Of a stretch of 64,000 nt of DNA, positions 28,701 through 41,218 are shown piece after piece. Each line of letters opens with the position of its first letter. The first letter of the stretch is position 1. The notes beneath the pieces are model-generated. The model ran no database searches and was not told the DNA's origin. It saw only the letters and a list, made by a program, of their open reading frames with translations. The DNA comes from Tubiluchus corallicola (Eukaryota; Animalia; Priapulida), in the NCBI GenBank assembly GCA_030141605.1, contig JAQGDQ010000105.1:310001-374000 (forward strand). The letters are read 5' to 3'. The translations under genes were made by a program, and so were the position numbers.

Positions 28701-30581
28701 TTGAAAGGTATTGCTACAATGAAACAGAGGCAGAGTTATACTCCATCACAAATGAGACAGTGGCTAATGCAACAAGAAATAATCCAAGCCAGGAATATTT
28801 CAAGTAAATATCTAAATGTCTACCTTATTTAATTCTCGCTTGTGTTAATACCCCTTTCAATCCATCGCTGTATACATCCTGTTTTCCACCTTCTCTTCTT
28901 TCTTATAAAGTTTTTATGTTTTTTCTCTTTCCTATTTTTATTTTTTCTCTCTTTTGTGGCCATTTTATTTATTTTGTTTTATACAACTATAGATTCCCTA
29001 TTAGTTTACTGTATGTTGGATTCATATATTAGAGCTCCTCAAATGCTTTGCGGAATAGGAGCAGAATCTCTGTGTTTGTAGATACAACTTATTGTGTTCT
29101 TTCTGTGTGTGTTTTAGCTATTTTGTTCTCGACATGACAGATGGAATCGAGAAAATGGGGAAACAACGATGGCAACTTGTGCTTTGTCTTCTTGGTGCTT
29201 GGCTGCTTGTGTTTTTCTGTCTTATTAAGGGCGTAAAATCATCTGGAAAGGTAAGACATATAAAACCAATTGAAGGGAAATCATTTGGAAAGGTAAGATG
29301 CATAAAAACCAAGAACAAAGACTACGCAGGTATAACAAGTTAACTCGGCTTAGCATTTGCATATTCAAAAACCTAAACTGTCACCTATATGATGCCAAGA
29401 CAAAAGCTAAAACCCCTCTCTCACAGCATGACTCTGAGTGCATACATTTCCAAAATACATTCTCGATGAATACATTTCCTACATTTTACAGGCGTTTGTG
29501 TGTCGTTCAGCAACCAAAATTTAGAACTTTTAATTATGAGATGTGTTAAGTTCTCTCTCTTTCAAGCCAATGATGATATACTAAGACTCGTACCTTGTTA
29601 TCAAAGGCAGACAATTCGCCAACTACTTTAGGCAGTTAAATAGATTTATTGTTATACTTTTCAATTTTTTTATTTTTACGGGTATTCAAAATATTTCATA
29701 GCACTTGGACGTTCAGAAAATACTGCTGAATTCGACGATGAAAGTTTTGACTAGTCTTGATCAAGATCTTGAAAAATATTAAATATCACAATATCACGAT
29801 TCTGAGAAATGAACATTACTGTACTTGGTAGATTTATACTGTGTAGGCTATACTAAAGAAATTATGATATAGTAGTTTATACACTTAATAATGTTTTAAG
29901 GACTTACATGCAGCCAGCATTTATCTTAAAATTACTATAATTACGAAAGTTATAATTGCTAACTTCTCTTAGTTTTTGCCCAACAGGTGGTGTACTTTAC
30001 AGCATTGTTTCCATACGTTGTACTGACCATTTTACTAATTCGTGGAGCTACTTTGCCTGGAGCACGACAGGGAATAGAATTCTACATGATACCTGACTGG
30101 AAGAAACTGCGAGAAGCGTCTGTAATGTCATTTTATCACATTTTTAACCTTTTGTAAATTCTCTTCTGCGTTTATGAGTCACAATAGAAAAGTTTTGTGC
30201 GTGAATGCAATGCCCATTAATTATCATCATTATTTGTACAGAAAAACATCACAATTACTGTAACATCACAATCGTTGTCGCCGTCTTCACCATCATAGTC
30301 ATCGTCATTATTAGTGTGCCAATCATTGTCATCACCATTATTATCGTGGTATTACCATCGTTACCATGCATTATTCATTATCATCGTTAGTATCATCGAC
30401 ATCAGGGCTGGATTTACCAATTGGCCTACGGTGTTTGGGGCCCACAAAAGTATAATCTTGGTTTCAAGTACAATAAGTATGTGTTACATAGTATTGGAAT
30501 TCGTATTTCTTACATTATAATATCATGATATTATGTAGTATTTGTTGAAATTTGGCCGTCATCGCCGACATGGTCACAGTA

Positions 30582-30657
<76 letters not shown>

Positions 30658-33600
30658 CCCTAGGGCTACGCCCATAAGTAGGTAAATCCGGACATCAGCA
30701 TAATTATTATCATCACTTTCTTTTTCTTCTACTTCTTGTCAAAATCATTCTCTTCATCAATGTCATTGTACTTACGGTTATGTATGTATTACAAACAGGT
30801 TTGGGGCGACGCTGCTAAGCAGATATTCTACTCTCTTGGACCAGCATGGGGAGGGCTAATCACCCTGGCTAGCTACAATAAATTTAACAACAACTGTCAC
30901 AGGTAATTAGCGTAAAACTAAATATTATGGCAAACCGTAGATGATTTAACATATGGCGCTAACAAAAAACTGTTAATCGATTTTGCTTTTTATAGTTGCT
31001 TTAATGTAGACTGTAGAGCATGTGTTATCTGTCTGTGTGTTCTTCCGAGAGTAGTTCTTTTTTATTTCCAAAAAAGGACAGTGAAAATTTTTATTTCTTT
31101 TCCTGCAATAGTACTCGTTTTTATTGTTTGTAGGGACGCACTAATTGTTTCTCTTGGAAACTGTTGCACCAGCGTCTTTGCAGGCTTCGCTATATTTTCG
31201 ATTTTGGGATTCATGGCACATGATCTTAAAGTTCCTGTTGGCAAAGTTGTCGATAGCGGTAAAATATTTCACGTAACAATTTCTGACTGTGATGTAGAGA
31301 ATAGGCTTTAAAACACGTCGCTCAAACAGGACCCATGTGTGGCGAAGGTGTGTTCGGTTGGCCGACAGAATAAGTTGGTACATGAGGTTTATACGTTTTT
31401 GTCTTTGAGACAATGCTCACGGTGTACATGGGGTGAGAGCAAACATAATTTGTGCGATTTGTAAATATTGAAAAGAATGCCAGGATTAGCGAACACTGAC
31501 GTATCTACCATACTTAATATCGCCATTGCGGAAAAAACGCATGTACAAGCAGTTTACGCAATTATGCTCTTAGTTTTTAAATTTGTTGTATCACATCCAT
31601 TTTTGTGCGATAACTGGTTATTTTGCTGTTTTCAGGTCCTGGTTTAGCGTTTGTAGCTTATCCAGAAGCTATTACTAGACTGCCAATAGCACCCCTATGG
31701 TCATTCTTGTTCTTTTTTATGATCATAACGCTTGGCTTGGACAGTCAGGTAAGCGTATAATATAAAACACGATTAGCACTTGCTTGGAGAGCCAACGCAT
31801 GTGCGGCTCGGAGGGACGACGCAGGCTGGCCTACTCAGATCTCACTCACAATTCACACTGACATAATTTACAGTCTATCTATTGAACCCTGCTCACACTG
31901 AGATGTTTTACCCTGCACTTTTACTCATGCTGAAACGACTTGTTGAAACCCACACGGAAAATTAGCCAATTAATTAGAGTAGTTTCATTAACTCATTTTA
32001 AATTGATTTAAATTTGGATTGCATGTTTCCATAATCCAAATGAGCAGAAATTTAGAAAGATAATTAGATGGAATGCCATTGGTTCAAAACAATTTTGTAG
32101 CAATTTGTTAATTATTTACTGAATTATAACAGTTTAATTATTTAATTTTAATTTAATTTAAATTGCATGTTCCCAAGAAAGTTCATGCAAACCTTGACAC
32201 TCGGCTATTACATCTAATTTAGATTTTATTTTTCAAGTTTTGCCAAAACTTTCTGCATGCTTTTCTTCACTTTACCAAGACATTGAAGACTTGCTTCTGA
32301 CATTGTCGATCGTCAATCATGGTTTTATTTTTCAGTTTTGTATGATGGAAACGGTCACTACAGCCATCATGGACCATTATACTAACTTAAGAAAGCACAA
32401 GATATGGGTTTTGGCAGTCGCCTGTACTATTTGGTTTCTACTTGGCTTGACGATGACATGCCAGGTATCTTAAGTTTCGACTTATTGATACTAAGATCCC
32501 ACAGCACCGTATTAGCACATATTAAAATTACCCGGGTTTCTTAAAATTGCGAATTGAACTATAGCAAATTTATTAGATCCAACGTCCTTTGCTTGACATA
32601 TACCATCACAACTGCTGCGTCAGAAGCGAAAGGACACAGATTAGTGTCACATAGACTTAGATTGGGAGATTTTGCGCATCTCAAATTAAGATAAGATATC
32701 TTAAAAGTAAAATTAATGGTTTCTGTACTTGATTAAGCAGTGAGAGCTTAGAAGGCATATACACACACAATAATTATAATTGTCAATTCCTGAATGTTGT
32801 ACATAGCTACTGAGCGTCTGTAGACAATATTGAAAATTGCGCAATATTATTGTCAATACTATTGCACAATATGATGTTTAACATTATTACATAGCGCGTG
32901 CGTAATGGTAATAAAAATTTTGCAGGGAGGCGTCTATGTTTTGACTCTAATAGACGGATATGCTGCAGGCTGGTCTCTAATGATCTTAGCACTACTCGAA
33001 CTGTTAATAATTGGATGGATATATGGTGAGATTAAATTCAGGAATTATTTTTCACGATGTTCAATTTAAAAATCATTAATACATTTAGTGTCTGCTCTAC
33101 TTCCAGCTACATATACCATTTTAATTTAGGTATTGAATAAACAGTGTAGTTTTTAGCAACATAGTTAGAGTATCAGCATAGTAGGTTTTTGGGTATTTTC
33201 GGCTTTTTGCGATTGTGCTGAATTGGAAGTGAGACCTCTTTTTCAGCATGTTTTGTGTTTCAATGAAATTATTAACATTAACCAATTGTATCGTTTATGT
33301 TTTTTACATATATGCAGTTTAACACATTTTTAAGTCAGTCTCATTTTAGACAAAACTGAGCGGTTCTGCAGTCCAGAAAATTATCGATAACTTTTGTCAG
33401 CAAATAAGCACCAACTATTGTTTAACATTTCAATTAAATATGCACCCAAAAAACATCACAAAGGAAACGTAGACATTAATCACATTGACATGAAACTTGA
33501 AAAATTTTCAAATTTCGTAACTTTTCGACTTCTTTGAAATGGTCGATTGATTTATTTCCGGTTTTCGTTTCTTAGATTTTCCAAACTGGATTGACTTCAG

Positions 33601-35350
33601 CAGACCATTGAGTGTACTGGAAACACGCAGATTTGCTCTTGATCTTCAGAAGATACTGCACAGGAAACCATTCCTCTACTGGCAAATTATGTGGAAGTTT
33701 ATCACTCCTGTAGCTTTATTAGTAAGCTGTTTGATTAAATTAACTTTCAAACAGTAGGCCAACTTTCCAAATTGGGACGCGCTGTAAGCCACTGTACATG
33801 AAGAAGTAGGAAATTAATGTCGAGATGCCTGATCTATTTTGGTTTGCCTAAAACAATTTTTAACTTATGTTTTTAGTTTTGCCATTATTATCGTTATCAT
33901 TGTTTTTCTGTCCAATATGATACACTGCAAGGTGTCTGAATCCAAGGTCAATAACCAACTCAGTTTGAATGTGCCTCGTTATCAAGGGTGTACCTCTAAA
34001 ATGAACAATGAATCGGAAGAGGTATCTTACCCACATTTGGATGCGAATGCGTCCTATCTCTACAAGGTAAACCGCTTAGGGTGGGTGTCGAAACAGGTCC
34101 ACCAATCCATTAACTTACCCATCTCGGCGCCATTCTTAACTTCGGTTCCCAAGCACCAACACGTGACCACTCGCCTCAAATGTTGTTTTTAGATAAATTT
34201 TGATTAAACTATTGTAATAAACTCATTCAAATTTCAGTTCATCTTGCTGTTTACGTGGGTGAAATTTACACCTCTCACTTATGAAGACTATGTGTATCCA
34301 CCATGGGCCAATGGAGTTGGCTGGTTACTAGCACTGTTGTCAGTCATAATGGTGCCTATTGGAGCAGTTATTAATATAATAAAAACGGGCGTAAGTTTAT
34401 TTTAAGTACACAACTAATGCACTTTGTATTCGAAATAAATCAGTTAACCATAAGTTGTGTAATAACATTTGGTCGTCTTTAAGTGCTTATGCAGCTTATC
34501 CCACTGCTAATATGCATGGCATAAAATAATCAGTTTGGAGTTATTGACTTTTTTAATGTTCTAGAATTCATTATACACTTATACATTTTCTATATTTTCA
34601 ACAACCAAAGCGAAATGTTTGAAAATAGGTACAATTCAACTAAAATCTATTCGTAATTCTTCTAAAAGAAAATCTGTAAAAAAACTGTTGTAGTAGAGGG
34701 ATTTGCCTTTTCTGCTACTTACTTCAAAGCATTTCTGCTAATGAAAGTGTCAAACTTACAGTAGAAATCCTCAGTGGCTGTTCCAATGGAAAGTCATGTA
34801 TCTTGCATTGAAAATCTCTAACAGCTCGTGAGCAGTCGCAATGGGCTTCTTGTTGAAAAGCTATTTTGTCATTAGTTAAAGAATAACGTGATCCATAATG
34901 GCGTTCTGAATTTCGCTGAACTTTAGTTGGTGACAAAAAGATTTCTTGTCAGGCTGAGATTTTGCGCTTCGTTTCTAACTTTACCGTAGTCGCTATAGCG
35001 AAGCGATGGAGTTCTAGTAAACAAATTAACGACCCCTTTATTTTCGTATAGAAGTTTGCCGAGATAGGAGAAAAATTTAAAAGAAAACTAGAAATTAAAG
35101 TGTATAGTGATTTTTGGGACTTCAAATATAATAATTATTGAAATTTGACTGCTTCTGTCTGTTTCAGACTGTTTTGAAATTATTTCGAGCTACTCCTGAA
35201 TGGGCACCCGCATCGGAACTACGCCAGATTGGAGCACCCTTCCACGGAGCACAAGAGCTTAAACACCATGAAGCCATCGTCAATGCGGCATACACAAATC
35301 CAGCAGGCCCTACCGTTTACTATCAGCCAGCCACGAATTTCAGAATGTAG
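25729..35350 (+). CDS. SLC6 glycine/amino-acid transporter-like gene, copy C (15 coding exons, about 644 aa)
   Basis: Exons 25729-25737 (ATG AGC CAA|gtaggc, inferred start exon), 27039-27207, 27330-27463, 27846-27990, 28647-28803, 29118-29250, 29987-30121, 30799-30902, 31134-31258, 31636-31748, 32336-32464, 32926-33025, 33576-33721, 34238-34390, 35168-35350; total 1935 nt in frame. Exon sizes match copy B except the last three. [22 protein letters not shown] signature. Confidence 0.95.
30403..30691. mobile_element. Small hAT-like MITE containing a (TA)n tract
   Basis: CAGGGCTGGATTTACC ... GGTAAATCCGG inverted termini (right end clipped); (TA)36 at 30583-30654. Confidence 0.6.
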
Positions 35351-38300
35351 AATAAAAGGGACCAAATTAAAAAAAAGGTTTCATACGTTTCTGGGTTAAA
35401 TAAGCTTTGGCTGAACAAAATTTTACATATGTATTGTAGGTTATCAAGTGTGATTTTTGGATAAAGAACATACGAAATTTATGACATAGTTTTAAATGCT
35501 CTGTTCTTTTTGCAGATGAATTTAAGAATTCCTACTATGTTCCCCGGGAAAATCTTAATGTTCTTATTTTTATCGATTAAAGCCGAGAATACGTTAAAGA
35601 GATGATCATAGCAGAATTATGATAAAGTTATCGATTTTTTAAATGATTTACGTAAAATGGTTCATCAGAGGAGTAGGACCATAGTTGTGTTAATATTTAA
35701 GGTATATAACTGCAGGCAGGTTAGTGATTGAAAAGATGTTTGATATTAATGCTTAGTATTTTGTTTTTAGTGCATAGGCCTACAATTTAAATTTTTTATT
35801 ACCGTGTAAATAGTCATTATATATATATAATCATGACTTTAATTCAACAATTATACATTAGGTAAAGATAAATTAAATTCTCGCCAGGTTAGAAAATTAA
35901 TAATGAATAATAATTTTTAACTAAAGACGATTTGATCTCTATCAGTGTTAAGGGAGCATCTGCAGCTTTTTATCTGTCTCTGAGGAACAGAAGCAAATTC
36001 TGTGATTTTTGAAAGTAAAATAAATTGGTTTTAATTACCATGAGTCATGAATATTTATCTTCAGAAAATTAAAGCTTCTTTGGACAAATGTCGGAATTAT
36101 TTTAACTGGTAAGCACTTCAAATATTATACTTTGGTGATAACTAAATAAAGACTAGATCTAGGTATTTTTTAATTCGAAACCCCCCTATATTAACATTTA
36201 CTGGCAATAATTAGAACTGAAACGTTTTTATTTAATGTACTTTTATTTTGAATTTACAACTATCTTATTTTAAAGTAGTTCAACTGTGTAACAAAATTAA
36301 GCAATTTCGATTCCATAAGTAGGAATCTAAAGGTAATTAATAATATATAAATGCAAATCAATCCTCCGAGAGCTTCTGAAGAACTAAAAAAACAAAAAGT
36401 AAAAAAATTAAAATTAAACACACTGCTTTTCGTATCTTAGTTGTGTTTACACTTCTAGTTTTTCTCAGAATTCTGACTCTAAGGTACAAAAACCTAGGAA
36501 CATTGACCATTTTTGTCTGCTGTACAGTTCGATTTCTTTCTAAAGTTTCGATATATATAGTCAAAAAATACAGTGGCTTTAAAGGCTACAGTTTGCGGTT
36601 TATTACGCTTTAAGGGATCAAAGTTTGTAGTTTATTACGGTAATCTATAAAGACACTGCAGTTTACCGTAATAAATTGGTTTATTGCTAGCAGATTCATT
36701 ATAATAGTCTGGAAACGTTTACAAAGCAAAAGTAGTTAACGCTTTTGATGAAGTTAGTTTTGTAAGAGTTTCATTTATGAATATTCTTTACTCTGTTTTT
36801 CCTATGAATATAAAATTGTTTATGCTAGTCAGATCACCAGACGCAAGAAATTAAGGTTTAAAGCAGGGTGCGTTTTCTTCTTCTTGAAAATTTGTAGTAA
36901 GTTTTAGTGTAAAAGTAAGCATGCAAGTAGTTTACCGTGCAATGAACTATACAACCGTTCCGCGAGTTTAAAATCAGTTTACAACAATACCTTAATACGT
37001 TTAAATCGTTTATTCATCTGAATACAGCTTTAACTGGGAAAGTGGTAGAAAAATACAAAATAGTATAAAGGTGCAATAACAACAGAATGTGCATAAGTAA
37101 AATTGGAGGATATACAACTAAAATTCCTCAGAGTCAATCAATAATGATACCCACAAATTACAAAATTTACAATCAATATTACGACTTTTAAAACGACAAG
37201 CCTTTCCTTTTCTTGTACATACAAGAAAATAATTTACTATGGAAAGGTGGAAGCACATATGTGATTAGCATTAAACTTGCGGTGCTAAACTCGAATACTA
37301 TCTCTAACGATAGAGAAAATAATTATGATTTTTGTGCATTAAAATTATTTAATAATTACTGACAAAGCGGTAGAGCTTATACTCACTGAAACACTAAAAT
37401 ACTTGTGCAAACTCAGCAATATTATGTATACACCAAGGAGTAACACAAAACAGAACAATATCTATTTTAATTATTTTTATGCGCATACGTGAAATGATCT
37501 TCAAAAAGCTTGATACTATCTTTTTAACTTATTTAATCACTTATGTTCTTCAGAAGCCAATCATTGTTTACTAGTTAAAATGTGACTATTTAAACAGAAA
37601 AGTTTCCCAAGCATATCACAAAGTCAATAATAATTAAAAATTAACAAATATATAATCATAACAACAACAACAACAAGCTAAAATTACTGTACATAACAAA
37701 TAAACTTCATATTGGTCATGGCTATGATTGCAAACCCCAAATTCCTATGATTATAATATATTACCTTTCAATTTGTTGCTCAAAATTTTCAGTTTATTTT
37801 GAAAAATTATTATAGCTGCAACATTTGTATCCGCAGTCCAGAGATAGAATTGTCAGCTCAACACTCAAATGTCAGTTGCGCACCCCATGGCCATCGATGT
37901 GTTGATAGGTTATGTTTAGGTTCCGAACAGACATTGCAAATATGCAATGCAAATATCACCAAATGATTAGTGCACAAACTTAAAAAAACACATTTTCTCG
38001 GTTTTGTGTCCTGTTTACACACAAAAGTGTCAGGTTTGTTGGACAATGCTGCTTTTCACCATATATAACCACTAGAACAGTCTTTTTAATGTTATTATAG
38101 CATGGGTGTACAAGAGGAATATAATGTTTTTAAAACGCTATTATGTATGATATCGAGCGGATATAATAAAAAAGATGTCTACCGTACAAGCAAGAAAACA
38201 AGGTACGGCATAAACATGAAACAAAGTTCCATCTCTGGGCATTACGTACTTAATAAAGCGAAATCAAACTAACGCTATAGAAAACGCCTCACTGCAAGTC

Positions 38301-41065
38301 AAATCAAACTTTACAACAAGAATAACTTTTCTGAAAAATGATATGTATATATGCTTCCTTTCTACTGTCCCTAATAATAAAGTTCTAAAGTATAGCCGAA
38401 AGCCCGATACCGATAGTCACGTGATCTCACACGTTATTGTGTCTGTCGTCACATTTTTTAAAGATTTGCAGCAAATTTATGTTGAAACCTCATATGAAAA
38501 TCCAAACACCACCTGTAATGCGGAACTAACACTTTGCTGCAACTTATGTTATAGTTTTTTCAAACAAATAAAAGATAAACAGAGATTAAGCCTAAGCGTA
38601 GAATGACTACATTATATCAAATACTCGGTTTTTCAGCTACCTGAAAAATGCAAGATCATTTTCAACATAGTGTATTACTAGCCAAATTCTACTCATGTAT
38701 GATTTTAGCCTCCTTTCTCAACTCAGTTTAAACTGTTGATAAATATTTACGGCAAAGCTTTTAACTGCCAAAAATAGTTTCTTTAACCGTCTTTCAACGA
38801 GAGCAATTCTGTGTTCCTCTTGGTGGTTTACTTTTGTTTTAATTAATGTCAAACGTCATACACGTTTCACAGGCTGCAAAGTATGAGCTTTGAAAAAACG
38901 GGGTAAAGAGTTTTTGCAGTCTTTTAGAGGTTACTTGCTTGCGATGTAACAATACAAAAGTCTGTTTCGCCATGATGCTGTTGTCGTTTTCGTTCTTGTT
39001 ATTTTTGGTGTATGTTAAATGATAATTTTATCATTTTTTATATCACAATAGACTTATCCTGTATTCTTAATTTTAAGGAAAAAACGGATACCTGTATACA
39101 AGTGAACGATAAATGGCATATTACATGGTATATTCCCGAAAGAGCGGATCCATGGCAACAACAAGTGATACTCAAAGTGCATATCCTGCCAGTTGAGCAG
39201 AAAAATATTAAAAAGCGAGTAACCCAACATTTCGCGTTTGGACTAGTTTTAGTAAAAGTGAGACCTGTACGTGGTATATAACTATGGTGTTCAAAATTTT
39301 ACAGAATATTATTATTTCAGAGACCTATTATTATAATACTACAATCTATAAATGCATTAATAAACCATTACACGACACACGCAAACGCTAAAGAGTTGAA
39401 TAAAAACAAAAACTATATATATAATTACATTATGTACAAGATATGAATGTATATGAGAGGTTGTATGTAGCAAAGCACCGATTACCAAATTACCGATTTT
39501 GTCTCTTCAAATTTTAATAGTTGATGCCCCTTGTGCAGGTGTAAAAACTGTATAATCATTTAAAGACTAAAATTCTCAATTAGTTTTCTCCTATCAAACA
39601 TTCAAGAATGAGACCAAGGTGACTAAAGTGAACTTTTTTGTATAACGCCCCAGTTCATAATCCTAAAAGTCCACAAGTCCGCAGTTCCATTTGAACTGTA
39701 TCTAAGACTGGCTTTATCTTAGTTCACCCCGTGATAGATTACCTGGTATGATAGATGGCTCTAATGTCTTCTCTATACTCTTTCGAAATAGTTATTCGAG
39801 TACAAGTAGACAACAATGAAATTGCTCCATACCACATAGTTGCGGCTGAATATGTGATATGGCTTGCTACAAGTATATCACACGACTCAACTTCGTAATT
39901 GTTTTTTACCCTTGAATTAACCAGTTTAAACATAGGCGAACGGCTTTCTGGTCAACTCAGTTCAATCTGGTCGGATTTTCAGAGACATAGAATTACTAGA
40001 AGCAGGGCAATTCTGCAAACTTTGCAACTGGATAATGTGCAGCGGGCTATTTAAACGCTTGTGCCAGTAAAACTAAAACGACTAGGCACATGATCGCCTT
40101 CTCTCGTTCCCCGTTATCTTTTCATAAGTGAACAAACTATGATTGTCTTTTCCTTTCAGTCTTGAGAACCACTCAGGCATTTTCCATTTAGAACAAAATG
40201 TTATATACACATGATAAATAATAAAAGTGACTTAAGAGTTTTATGTGGCAGCCATTTCGAGACAAATTACGTCATATGTTGCTACAAAACCAAAACCATT
40301 GCAGAAATGGAAAAATCGTAATGGTCGTTTTCATCTTACATTCGTAGAAGTCCATAATCGAAATTGACAGCAGGTTCGCTAACTTCCGTATTTTTCAATT
40401 AGGCAAATGTAGCGGTCAGGCTTTATGTTCATTTTGAAATGAAGCCGTTTTTCACTTGAAATTTCACGTTGCAAAGGCCCGTGAACCGTTTGTCTTGATA
40501 GTTATCCACTGGTAACAACAATGCTACAGCGACACATGTAAGCCTAGTTATTAACGGATTATTACAGAAGGCCTTCGTGTAGGACTGTTACTGGGGCAGC
40601 AAGATCTTTTGTATAGGTACCATTTTCAGTGTGTGATAGGAAATTTTTGACAAATAATATATGAAACATCACAGGTATCACAAATATATAAATTTCCCCT
40701 TCATTTCTTGAAATGCCTGCCGTTTTTTATTGCCTTGCAGCCGCCATGTTTTCCTTTAGCTTCATCTGTCTTTCTTCTTTTTACTTTTAAGAGTGACATG
40801 CTCTATGACAATTTCCAACTTTAGCCTGTTTTCATGCAAATCCGAACCTTTGACAGTCACTGATTCACTATTTGTCGCTGATTGAAGGGCACGGGTAATG
40901 GAAATTACAAAAGCTATTTTTGAAAAATTTTTGGCAAAAGAGATTTACTCATAGCGTTAACTCTTTTACAGGCCAATCAATATCTGTATTTTGGGAGCGG
41001 AAGTAAAGATAAAATCAAAACAGTTTTTTAACCGCGAATTAACACATGTGCGAGCGAGTGAGCGC

Positions 41066-41090
41066 ACACACACGCACGCACACACGCACG

Positions 41091-41142
<52 letters not shown>
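41066..41142. repeat. (CA)n/(CACG)n microsatellite in the presumed 3' UTR of the claudin-like gene
   Basis: Visible directly, about 80 bp past the stop codon. Confidence 0.95.
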
Positions 41143-41143
<1 letters not shown>

Positions 41144-41218
41144 CCTAGTAAAACTACAGTAAAACTTATAAAATTCTTGGAAGAGAGTTGAAACCGGCAG
41201 CATTCTCCACTCATCGCC

